Source: Naegleria gruberi (lineage: Eukaryota). Taken from it: 64,000 nucleotides of DNA. Shown here one piece after another: positions 46,901-56,100 of this stretch (its first letter is position 1; the number at the start of each line of letters is the position of its first letter). The stretch lies in assembly GCA_000004985.1 (NCBI GenBank), contig GG738847.1. One strand, given 5' to 3'. The position numbers were made by a program, and so were the translations under genes. A model generated the notes under the pieces. It saw only the letters and a program-made list of their open reading frames with translations, did not search any database and was not told the origin of the DNA.

Positions 46901-49526
46901 TTACATGATTTTCAAGTTGGACATGGATGAAGGTGATGAATTGGTAGAACTAGATAACAAGTGGGAATTTTTGGAAGAATTTAACAAGCTTATTGAATCA
47001 ACTGCCTCTAACTTTAAGGGTGAACATGTTCCAAGAGTTGAAGTTACCAAGGACATTAGTATCCTCAATCATCAAAAGGACAAGAACACTGGTACTCAAA
47101 ATTTATTGGTCAGATTTATTCCATCTGCCTACAATACCAAGAAGACTGTTACCACTGAATGCTATGCTGATGAATTTGATAATAGACTCTTCATTGTCAA
47201 CACCTTCACTCAAGCTGATATTTACAATCAAAGAAAGTTGAGAAGAAAGGCCTCACTCTATGCCAAGCAAGATCAAAACAGAGATTACTTGAGAATGCAA
47301 AACAGTGAATTGATGCAACTCTTAAAGAAGGATTATGATGACTCCAAAGTTCTATTCTCTGGTGTCGTTTCCAAGTATAACAAGAGATTCAAGAAGCAAG
47401 ACAGAATTTTCATGGTCACCGATAAGGCCATTTATAATATTGATCCAAGTGGTGGTTACCTCATCAATAGACGTGTTCCAATTGGCCAAGTAACCTCTGT
47501 CACTGTCTCACCTTACACTGATAACTTCTTTGTTGTTGATCATCCAGATCAAGATATTTTGAGTGAAAGTGCCAAGAAGACTGAAATTTTGGAATCCATT
47601 TTGGAAAGCTTCCAAAATGCTACCAATCAATTGTTACCGGTCAAGGTCACTACCAACTATTACATTAACTTGGCCAAGAAGAATACCAAGCGTGTCGCTA
47701 TTTCATGGATTATTGAACCAGAAAATCAAACACAATTCTCAGTTTCTACACTTGTTCCAAATACTGCTGGTGGAGCTGATGTTCATGTTGTTTCTGAAGT
47801 TGATAACGATAATGACAAGTCAATGAATGATTTGGCTGTTAGACAATCCTTCCAACGTAGATCAGTTCGTGGTAAGATGGTTAAGAATGGTGATATGGAT
47901 GAGGTTGATTTGAATGACGTCTTTGGTGGTTTGAAGGTTCGTAGAAAGGACTCTCTCCTCGTCTGGTTCCAAGGTGATTATTTGAACTTTAAGGACAATC
48001 CAAAATTCATCGAAATGGTCAAGAAGCACGATCCAGAATGGAATGGACAAGTTCTCTTCTCTAACCTAATGACTAAAGTCAATAAGAGATTCAGAACTCA
48101 ACCTAGAAAGGTTGTAGTTACACCAAATTACATTTACACTCTCGATGATGAAAAGTTACACTTTAACAGAATTACTCCAATCAAGGATTTGAGTGGTATT
48201 TCTCTCAGTACTATGAGAGATGCCTTCTTTGTTGTCCACTGCCCAACTGATCACGATTTATTTGCATCTTGTAAGAAGAAGACTGAATTAGTTTCTGTTA
48301 TTTGTGATGCCTTCAAAGATAAGACTGGTATGGATCTCCCAGTTCACGTAGAAGATAAATTCGTCTACAAACCAAGTACAGATGTTAAAGGTGTTAAAAC
48401 AATTGAATTTAGACATGATCCAACCACCAAGGTTCCAATCCTTACTCCAACCAAGTTGGGTTGTCTCATTCAAGTTAACAATTCTGATCCTGAAAAGGTT
48501 AAACAAAACTTACCAACTGCCAAACAACAAAAACCAGCTGCAACTCCACAACTCAAGTTATATGAAGGTTCTGATGAAAGAGGTATTCAAGATAAGATGG
48601 ATTCCATCTATACAGGAAGAAAGGGACGTAATAGAAGATCTCTCCTTCGTGAATATCTTGGTGACTATTTGAGATTGGAAGGTACACAAAGAATGAAGAA
48701 GGTTTTCGATAGAAATGGTGATACTGAATTAATCTTCTCTGGACAAGTTCTCAAATATAACAAGAACTTTAAGAAGCAACATCGTTTATTGGTTGTAACA
48801 GACAAGAATGTTTACAATATTGATGAACAAGAATTCAAGATTAAGAGAAAGATTCCACTTGAAGAAATTACAGGTGTCTCTGTTTCTCCATTCGACGACA
48901 ATGTATTTGTTATGCACTGTCCAACTAGTGGTGACTATTTGTTGGAAGATGAAAAGAAGACTGAAATTATTTCTGCTCTCCAAAATGCAAGACTCAGACA
49001 CTTGAAACAACCATTGAAGATTAATGTTGATGACCAATTTAACTTTGCTCCAAACTCTTCATCTACCATGCCAGTTACTTTCATTAGTGATGATCACTGC
49101 AAGGATACTTGGGCTGAGAATAGAGCTAATGCATTGGTTGTTCACGTAAAGAGACAAGAACCTGGTGTAGTATTGGAAGCTGCCTATCTCTATTTGAATG
49201 AAGAATCTAAACCAATTGAAGTTAAATCAACACCAATTCTTATCAAATTGAAGAAGAGATGGACCTACAAGTTGCAAATTCGTTTCTATGTCAATGAATA
49301 CTTGGCAGGATGTGAATTCCACGAAAAGATTGATACTGTGTCTTCGAGACTTGAATTTGTATCCAAAGTTGTTGAACTGGAACCAAAAGAAGAACGTTAT
49401 GTTATTACCCTTCCTGAAAGAAAGGTAATTTATTCATTGCTTTCCAAAACCAGAGTCAAGTGCAAGCTAGTTGATCCAAGTGGTAAAGTTCTCATGGCTG
49501 TTCGTTTTGTTTATGATATTCAATAA
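43851..49526 (+). CDS. Unconventional myosin heavy chain: motor domain, an IQ motif and three tandem myosin-I-type TH1 (tail homology 1) domains. The reading frame is continuous upstream to 43725 and merges with the WW-domain ORF if one A is added to the A-run near 43787.
   Basis: P-loop GESGSGKTLASRII, switch I NNNSSRFGKF, switch II LDIYGFE, IQ ARKIQNSFRRYRKKRAG. Three TH1 repeats: ...FSGVVSKYNKRFKKQDRIFMVTDKAIYNIDP...VSPYTDNFFVVDHP, ...FSNLMTKVNKRFRTQPRKVVVTPNYIYTLDD...AFFVVHCP, ...FSGQVLKYNKNFKKQHRLLVVTDKNVYNIDE...VSPFDDNVFVMHCP. Confidence 0.85.
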   Translation: MESSAKNDHRQSTVIREDVMLQPQLMPSLPDEVGFSRKSISRDRYQPINSAYQQDFRVRRLEDREMCDDLTLLLSQSSMKSKKSEQMVVPQKTEITEIDLTNILANRYYQNEIYTCVGPAILSINPYKAVKGLYSNETKALFHSHIPYELAPHIYSLAEDAYRTLLEHATANKPTSTHVTRARPAITAVSSSSAHSKKMPPPPPPGKPINKEADLDDDTFIINDFSISDGIGVGQAIIIQGESGSGKTLASRIIMEYLAAVSISGLETQRIKDSILQSNPLLESFGNAKTLRNNNSSRFGKFTNLYFNFKGQLMGGELTTILLEKARVVKRRLGERNFHIFYQLLSDDYIRKQLNLGFPEEYNYLNNNVININEVDDKSEFETTKRAMDLLDMSVPEQMAVFKIVAAILQLGNITFTAIEDPEERKRRNIAPGVEACDVSNEASLKLVANTLQIDAEFLRRSMIIRVIKTVGSPMPIEQTQSVEQAEFNRDTLAKNIYERLFLWLVKRVNRALRVPDYEDFVAKKNSETYYNIGILDIYGFEIYDKNIGTGKIVDQDEASNQGKLKNGFEQLCINFVNEKIQSGVQRSIKKEQEDIQKEIYGDDFKPTLASTQERNKRFDSDAAIQMIAGKPISVFSLLDEESMFPNGNDVNYVQKMKTNIKHPYFKIPRIAEPTEFELEHFAALVKYNTADGWVDKNRDTLLAEMLYTMQNTKDHLLMALFPKNEQANDVLSKKPANAGTKLQQTTAEKFLRDVSKLMNQLSSCSLKHHHIRCIIPNYEGRADDFQKDVVNHQVRYLGILDTVLSRKADDLGSNVTGYSIKIPYDTFLERYKLLCPETFPYWETFITNKYGPVEEFTIEHKKEAVHQILSQEHIGMTNPQDFFLGRGNVLLASPVQLFQLDEMIREQKHEMARKIQNSFRRYRKKRAGKMEEMMKKAIKTTEPTKQKEAPEEIRIRHDGFRTSNFGETKKRVLITGSDRRNIFLLDTTSSSSEFEQLRKIAIRDIKKIYISPYSDNYMIFKLDMDEGDELVELDNKWEFLEEFNKLIESTASNFKGEHVPRVEVTKDISILNHQKDKNTGTQNLLVRFIPSAYNTKKTVTTECYADEFDNRLFIVNTFTQADIYNQRKLRRKASLYAKQDQNRDYLRMQNSELMQLLKKDYDDSKVLFSGVVSKYNKRFKKQDRIFMVTDKAIYNIDPSGGYLINRRVPIGQVTSVTVSPYTDNFFVVDHPDQDILSESAKKTEILESILESFQNATNQLLPVKVTTNYYINLAKKNTKRVAISWIIEPENQTQFSVSTLVPNTAGGADVHVVSEVDNDNDKSMNDLAVRQSFQRRSVRGKMVKNGDMDEVDLNDVFGGLKVRRKDSLLVWFQGDYLNFKDNPKFIEMVKKHDPEWNGQVLFSNLMTKVNKRFRTQPRKVVVTPNYIYTLDDEKLHFNRITPIKDLSGISLSTMRDAFFVVHCPTDHDLFASCKKKTELVSVICDAFKDKTGMDLPVHVEDKFVYKPSTDVKGVKTIEFRHDPTTKVPILTPTKLGCLIQVNNSDPEKVKQNLPTAKQQKPAATPQLKLYEGSDERGIQDKMDSIYTGRKGRNRRSLLREYLGDYLRLEGTQRMKKVFDRNGDTELIFSGQVLKYNKNFKKQHRLLVVTDKNVYNIDEQEFKIKRKIPLEEITGVSVSPFDDNVFVMHCPTSGDYLLEDEKKTEIISALQNARLRHLKQPLKINVDDQFNFAPNSSSTMPVTFISDDHCKDTWAENRANALVVHVKRQEPGVVLEAAYLYLNEESKPIEVKSTPILIKLKKRWTYKLQIRFYVNEYLAGCEFHEKIDTVSSRLEFVSKVVELEPKEERYVITLPERKVIYSLLSKTRVKCKLVDPSGKVLMAVRFVYDIQ

Positions 49527-49800
49527 ATTAATTGTTATTTTAACAACTACCAACAAACAGTAAGGCAAACAAGGTCAATTTCCAATCATACACGTCAATG
49601 CACTGGTTTTGTAATATGCGTTCTCATATTTCTATGTGAAAGATTCGAGTACATGGTACAGATCTCCGCTATTGGAGTTGGTTGTGAAGGTCCTTATAAT
49701 TCCAAAAACATGAATTAATAGGTGATGTAAAATTGGGTCAGGCAAAACCCTAAGGGAGTAAGAATTTCTAATTATCGTCGAGCCGGCAAAAAAATTTACA

Positions 49801-49836
49801 AGTCGAGCCACAGAAGATCAGTACTTGGTCTCGACT
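49801..49836. repeat. GC-rich inverted repeat / hairpin (AGTCGAGCC...GGTCTCGACT) between the convergent myosin and Rieske-oxygenase genes. Another direct copy of GTCGAGCC sits at 49777-49784.
   Basis: Directly visible: a 9-bp imperfect stem around a 17-nt loop. It lies in the 3' intergenic region between stops at 49526 (+) and 50001 (-). Confidence 0.5.
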
Positions 49837-50000
49837 CTAAAACAATTTGGTTGGAACAACGAATACATGGCATGATACTCCAAATGAATTCGTAACTGCT
49901 TGTTGTCCAGAGATTTATATATTGTATTTTAATTTCCTTAATAATTTATTATTTTTAAAATTTTAAAGATGTATTTTGAACAAAAAATTACATTTTTATT

Positions 50001-51230
50001 TTAAAAAGACAAGTCAATCTTTTTCGAGTAAAATTGTTTGTACCACCTTCTCAACTTCATCACTGGCCCATCACCCTTCACCAAACTCGGTGTTCTCTTA
50101 TAAATCTTATTCTCCCAAACTGTGATATCATTCTGCCACTGAGCTACCCAATTTCCCACAACATACCAAACTAATAGTCGAGGAATTTTCTTCTCTGCAT
50201 ACGCAACAAAGCCAACATCCAGATTTGTTTTGCTCTTTGGAGAATGTGTATGGAATAGATAGATTCTGCCAAAACTTCCATCAAATCTGAAAAGTGCAAT
50301 TCCTGCAGGACCAAATAATTCAATTCGAGCATTTACGGTCGTGGAGGTGAGTTTCTTACCGAAAATTTCGAGACATGCCTTGTTAGTAAAGTAGGCAATA
50401 TGAGGATCTGAATCTGAGAGTTTAAATTCTGCTTGATGTATAATTTGGACGAAAGGAACCTGAATTGAACGACCAAATATTGATCTAGGTCCACTCCATG
50501 GCAAAACCATTTGGCCATGCAAGGGTTGGAAATGTTGAAAATCTGCCGAGTTCTCAGCAAAATCTTGAATATTCATTCTAATATCTTCATATGAATAATT
50601 CCCAAAATGGTAAAATTTGTCCATGTCCAAATCTTGTGGATTCAACAATGGATACTGAGGTGGTAAACCTTCCTTCTCTGAATGGAACCACACCAAAATC
50701 ATACCATACTTCTCTTCACAATACCACGATCGAGTGTGAGCATTCTTTGGAATTGTTTCATTACAATTTTCTGAATGTTGACATGAGCTCTTGTCACAAT
50801 TATTTGGAATTTTGACACATTGACCATCTCTATCAAATTCCCATAAATGAAATGGACATTGAATGTTATTTCCAATAACCTTACCTTCCACTCCTAAATT
50901 ACTTCCCAAATGTGGACAATAAGCATCTAAAACTCCGACAGAACCATCAAATCCTCGAAACACAACCATGTCCTCGCCAAAGTAGTGGACAAGTTTGGAG
51001 CTACCTTTTGATAACTCATTTGAGAAACAAATTCTGAACCAACCGTTTGGAAACTGATCAATAAACGTACTTTCTCTAAATTTAGATGATGCATTTCTAT
51101 TCGATTCTGCTGAATGTTTTTGATCTTTCGTTTTGAAATCATACCACTTGTTGGCTATCAGGACTGCCAATAGTACAAGATTGAGAAGTAAACTAACTGC
51201 AATAAGCGTTTCAGTTTCAAAACTAAACAT
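50001..51230 (-). CDS. Rieske [2Fe-2S] non-haem iron oxygenase of the Neverland/DAF-36 (cholesterol 7-desaturase) family, with an N-terminal membrane anchor.
   Basis: Rieske motif CPHLGSNLGVEGKVIGNNIQCPFHLWEF. Mononuclear iron motif ENSADFQHFQPLH (compare Neverland ENAADIAHLAHLH). PNGWFRICFSNELSKG... aligns with Nvd PNGWFALLESRELKVG. N-terminal TM LIAVSLLLNLVLLAVLIA. Confidence 0.75.
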   Translation of the reverse strand: MFSFETETLIAVSLLLNLVLLAVLIANKWYDFKTKDQKHSAESNRNASSKFRESTFIDQFPNGWFRICFSNELSKGSSKLVHYFGEDMVVFRGFDGSVGVLDAYCPHLGSNLGVEGKVIGNNIQCPFHLWEFDRDGQCVKIPNNCDKSSCQHSENCNETIPKNAHTRSWYCEEKYGMILVWFHSEKEGLPPQYPLLNPQDLDMDKFYHFGNYSYEDIRMNIQDFAENSADFQHFQPLHGQMVLPWSGPRSIFGRSIQVPFVQIIHQAEFKLSDSDPHIAYFTNKACLEIFGKKLTSTTVNARIELFGPAGIALFRFDGSFGRIYLFHTHSPKSKTNLDVGFVAYAEKKIPRLLVWYVVGNWVAQWQNDITVWENKIYKRTPSLVKGDGPVMKLRRWYKQFYSKKIDLSF

Positions 51231-51878
51231 TTTTTTTAACTTTCTCAAATTGACTAGACGAAACTGATTGTACTCACGTGTTATTGAAGTGAAAATAGAG
51301 AAAGGATGCATTTAAATCATCTCTTTAGTCAATCGGAAGTGAGGAGGAAATCCTCAAACCCTATACACCCTCATTTGTCCATTCTCTAAAATTAAACCGC
51401 CAACAAGATCCTCGCTCAAATAAATTGGCCAATCAGCACAATCATTAGGAAGTCCGAATAATTTTGGAGGTAAAACTAACAATTAAAAACCTTATGCAAG
51501 CGAATCTCTGATACAAAATGTCCTTAATGAACCACATGCGTGTATTATATAAGGCACCAGCACAATTTCGCTACAAAAATTGCCACACCCTTAAATGAAA
51601 CTGTCTTTATAAAAGTATAGTGCACTGCCTTATTACTGTATAACTTCCTAAATCGTTCCTTGAATGATCCAGGAACAAATTGGAATGCGTGCCACTTTTT
51701 CTGAATTGTTCCAATGTTGTAGTTGTTTTAAAAAACATTAAAAAAACAGTGCAACGCCCAAACACCTCCAAATCTCCATCACAAAGACAATTGTTTGTTC
51801 TGTGTGTGTGAATCTCTTTTCTCAAAACCTCTATTCTCTGTTTTTTATACAAGAACAAGAATAAATACTCTTTATCAA

Positions 51879-52721
51879 ATGCTTAATGATACTGTAAGAA
51901 TGGAAAATCAAGATTGTGATGTGAGTGGTGCTGCTTGTACTGTTGATTGTCCTGCTAACAACTCTACTTCAGCTCGATCTAGAATTCGTGCCACCTCTCT
52001 TCCCCTTATTTCCTCTGTTAATTCCTTAGATGTGTCCATGACGTCTCCTCTCCTTCATGATGAAGAGTCCGAGAGTGTGATATCATCAATTCCCTCCCCA
52101 AAGTCATCATCATCATCATCATCATCTCCCTCCAACTTTATTATAGCCGAGAATCCATCCCAATCACCATTCAATTCAACAACTCATGCAATTCCGCCAT
52201 CATCCCCTAATCAAAGATTGAGACTTTTATGTGAAAAGTATAATTCCTCTGCCCATCAAAACAATAGATCCAATTCTTGTATACCCAACCAACCATGCTC
52301 TCTGAAAACCTTACTAATGGATGACTTGCAATCTAGTCGATCCAATAGCTCTATTTCAGGAAACACTTTCCATGCAAAACATTGTCCATTTCACAGACAT
52401 TCAACCAGTGACTTGTTTTGTGTTTCTAGAACTAAGATGAGCGATGCATATTTCCACTCTAACATTGGAAAGCCCTCTTCCTCATCCTCTCCAATGGATG
52501 ACATGGAAAATAGTGGTGGATGCACTGAAAGTGAAATGGCACACATGTTCTTTTACTTTGTCTTGGGAATTGTCATGGTTATTGTACAATTCGCCAAAAA
52601 GTGTTTCAAAGATGATGTCAGGTCTCAAACAATTTCACAAACCTCTTCCTCCTCCTATAAAACTCCAATCATTGTTGGTGAGCCATCCTCAGCAACAACA
52701 ACCTCATCATCAATACGATGA
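51879..52721 (+). CDS. Serine-rich hypothetical protein with a C-terminal transmembrane segment.
   Basis: ORF MLNDTVRMENQDCDVSGAACTVDCP... with a poly-S tract and TM MFFYFVLGIVMVIVQF near the C-terminus. Confidence 0.45.
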   Translation: MLNDTVRMENQDCDVSGAACTVDCPANNSTSARSRIRATSLPLISSVNSLDVSMTSPLLHDEESESVISSIPSPKSSSSSSSSPSNFIIAENPSQSPFNSTTHAIPPSSPNQRLRLLCEKYNSSAHQNNRSNSCIPNQPCSLKTLLMDDLQSSRSNSSISGNTFHAKHCPFHRHSTSDLFCVSRTKMSDAYFHSNIGKPSSSSSPMDDMENSGGCTESEMAHMFFYFVLGIVMVIVQFAKKCFKDDVRSQTISQTSSSSYKTPIIVGEPSSATTTSSSIR

Positions 52722-53179
52722 TAAATCAAAATCCAAAAACAACAAATAAATTATTTTTCTCCGTAAGATATAATTAAGGTGTTTGGTTAGTTCGTTCCAT
52801 AATAATTCGATAGTCGCAGGAGATAATAAATAAGGTACCTTGGTGAATTATCTCTTCTCAACAATGAATAAGAAGTGAAAAGTGTTAAATATATTGATTC
52901 TTGGTTCCTTAAATCCAAACTTGGTATTGTAAATTTACAAAATACGATACGAATAAACGTGGCAGGTAGAGTGGAATATTTATTTCAGGAAAAGGCAACC
53001 AATCACAATCCTCCAACCTTTTTTAGTTCGAGAAAAATCCTTTTTGCAGCCAACTAAAAAAATTCTGTTGGCGAGAATTGCAATTAACAGAAACAACAAA
53101 AAAAACTTGTTCACAAGGTGCTCGGCTACACTTCAACAATTTTCATCATCTTTTGAAGTGGATACCTAAAATACAATAC

Positions 53180-56100
53180 ATGACAGCAGCTGTCAATAAT
53201 CGAAAGAAAATGAAGTGTTCAAATAAGAGACGACAACAGTTGACCACCACCATCATGATGTTCATGGTGATGGTGATTGGAATTATTTTACTCACCAAAA
53301 ATGTTCAAAGTTTATTACCACGATATAAAATTGAAGTGCTATCCGGAAATCCATACATGTCCACAGCACTCTATGATGGAATTATGGCCACAGATGCAAT
53401 TCTCAACCTTCCAAGAAACGTACTCCTCTACAATGATGAATTGTACATATCCGATACCTTTAATCACATGATTAGAAAGGTTTCGAAAAATGGAACACTC
53501 ACCACATTGGTAGGAGTTGGTGCTGCTGGTTCAAATGATGATGATGGTTTGCTTGGAATTGATACTCAACTAAACAATCCGAATGGTTTATCCATTTCTC
53601 CAAATGGTGAATTATTGTTTATTGCTGATACTGATAACAAATTGATTCGAGTTTTGAATATGAAAACAATGATTTGTAATGTATTTAAAATGTTTACATC
53701 GAGTGGGGTGTTAGATACCTTGACGAAACCAGTTGGTGTTTCCATTACAAGTAATTGGAATATTTACATAACCGATGACAAGTATGTGAAAAAGGTTAAT
53801 TATTATACAAGAGTAGTTACAATTATTGCAGGAGGTATGTTATATTGTTATTGTTTTTAATACGAAACTATTGAAATTTGTTTTTTTTTGTTCTGATTGA
53901 CTAAAAAGGTGGAAGTGGTAGTTATAAAGATAATGTCGTTCCAACAACCATTTCAATCACAAGTCCTAAACTCATTCATACCATTCCTTACACTCCTGAT
54001 TCTACTCTTGTAGTTTTTACTGATGCCACAACTGCTAAATTTATTATAGATACAGAAAGTTTACAATCAACCACAAAAACAGGACTTGTAGGAGGGTAAG
54101 TTTTAATCATCAATTTATTGAGTACTAGAGTAATATATTTTGAAAAATAGTTCAAATATTCCAGCAATTTTTCCATTTTCCACCACAACATTTTACTATT
54201 CTTTGGGAAATGGGATTTTTAACTTGGAAAGTGGAATTAATACTCCTAAATCTGCAACTACTGGTGGTGATGCTGGAAAGTATAGTGTAACTAATATGGC
54301 GTATTCTTATTTTAACACTTCTTATGGATTACATGGAAATAGTTCAGTGATTTATATTGCAGATTCGGCTAATTATTGTATTAGAAAGTATGATATTGCG
54401 AATAATTCTGTATCAACTGTTGCAGGTTTCAAATATCAACCTTCTTTTGAAGGAGTTTATGCTTTATCTGTTTATGCAGATTTGAAAATTCAAAAGTTAA
54501 CCGTGACCTACAAGGATGAAATTATTTATCTTGACACTAACAACAGAGTTAGAATGATTACAGCCAATGGAAGAATCAAAACACTCATTGGATCTGAGTA
54601 TACATCCAAATATCCAGTTTGTGTTTCAACATCTATTGCTTTGGAATGTAGGGCAACTAACGCGATTGATATTATGAGCGTTGGAGATTCTCTAATTCTC
54701 TCAACTTTAAAATTATTCAGTTATGATTTGGCAAGCATTTCAGGAACATCTACCATTACCCAACAAGGTACTGAACTAGTAGGTACTTTCTCTCTAAGAG
54801 CAATGAATGGCTCATCAGGTGCTGTCGTATATTTCCTAAATAATGCCAATCAATTGTTAAAAAAATCTTTAACTGGTTTGGAAACAGTTGTGAAAGGATC
54901 ATTATCTGCATCAGATTTCAATATTGTAAATATTGATACTGATTTCGCTAGAATTTGCTATATTGAGAGTGGAATTATCACTTGCTTTAATGAGACTGAT
55001 TTAAGTTCAATTGTTCTCCCAATGCCATCTGGAGAAACCAAGTTCACAAGCGTTGCACTCACTAGTACTACTGTCTATGCATCAACAAGTAATAGAATCT
55101 ATGCCTATTCAGTTTCTGATTATTCAACTGCTTACCTAATTGCAGGTTCAAAGCCAGTTAATGTGAATGGACAAACTTTTGATTATAGTGGGTACAACAG
55201 TGATTACATTTTGGCAACTAGTGCTATTTTGAGTGATATCAGTAATTTGCAAGTCTCTTCTTCTAATGGAAATATCTATTTTGTGAGTGGTGGTACTTTG
55301 ATTAGAAGAATTGCCAATGGATTTGTTTCTACAGTTGCTGGTATTTCACCTCTCCATACAGAAGGTATAACACCAATGGCAATTGCAAGAGATTCAGCTA
55401 AAAAGATCACCTATTTCATTGACAGTAATACACATGTTAAAATGATGGATGAAGCCAGTGGAATTATTAGTCCACTTACTTTACCAATTAAACCAAGTCC
55501 TGATCCACAAAATATTACATTACCATTAACATTTTTAAGAGCTCCACCAAAGAATGCAGGTCAATTATTGACTTATTCCTCCTATGATGGTTTATTATAT
55601 CTTGCAGATTATTGCAGAATTATTTCCATCAATGTTACATCTGCTTCATACAAGCTTGTAACTGGTACTGTGTGTGGAGATAGTGCTGACAATATTTTAG
55701 CAATCAATTCATTCATTCAAACACCAAGTTCCATGACAGTCGACTCTAAAACTGGAGATTTATACTTTACGTTTGGAACAAAGATTTTGAAAATTGAAAA
55801 GAAAACTGGTTTATTAACGACATTATATGGCAGTACTGGTAAAATTGGAACTGTTGTGAATGGAATAATTTCCAAAACTTCTCTCCTCACCAACATTACA
55901 AGTTTGGTCGTGTCTGATGATATTATTTACTTTGCAGATATTACTCGTAGCGTTAGACAAATAGCTCTATCAAACAGTAATTTGACAACTTTGGTTACCA
56001 TGGCTGCGGTCACTGAAAAGATGCTTTCAATTTCACTCGATAAGAATGGTGACATTTTCATTCTCGATACCTATACTTACTTAATTAGCAAGTACATTAA

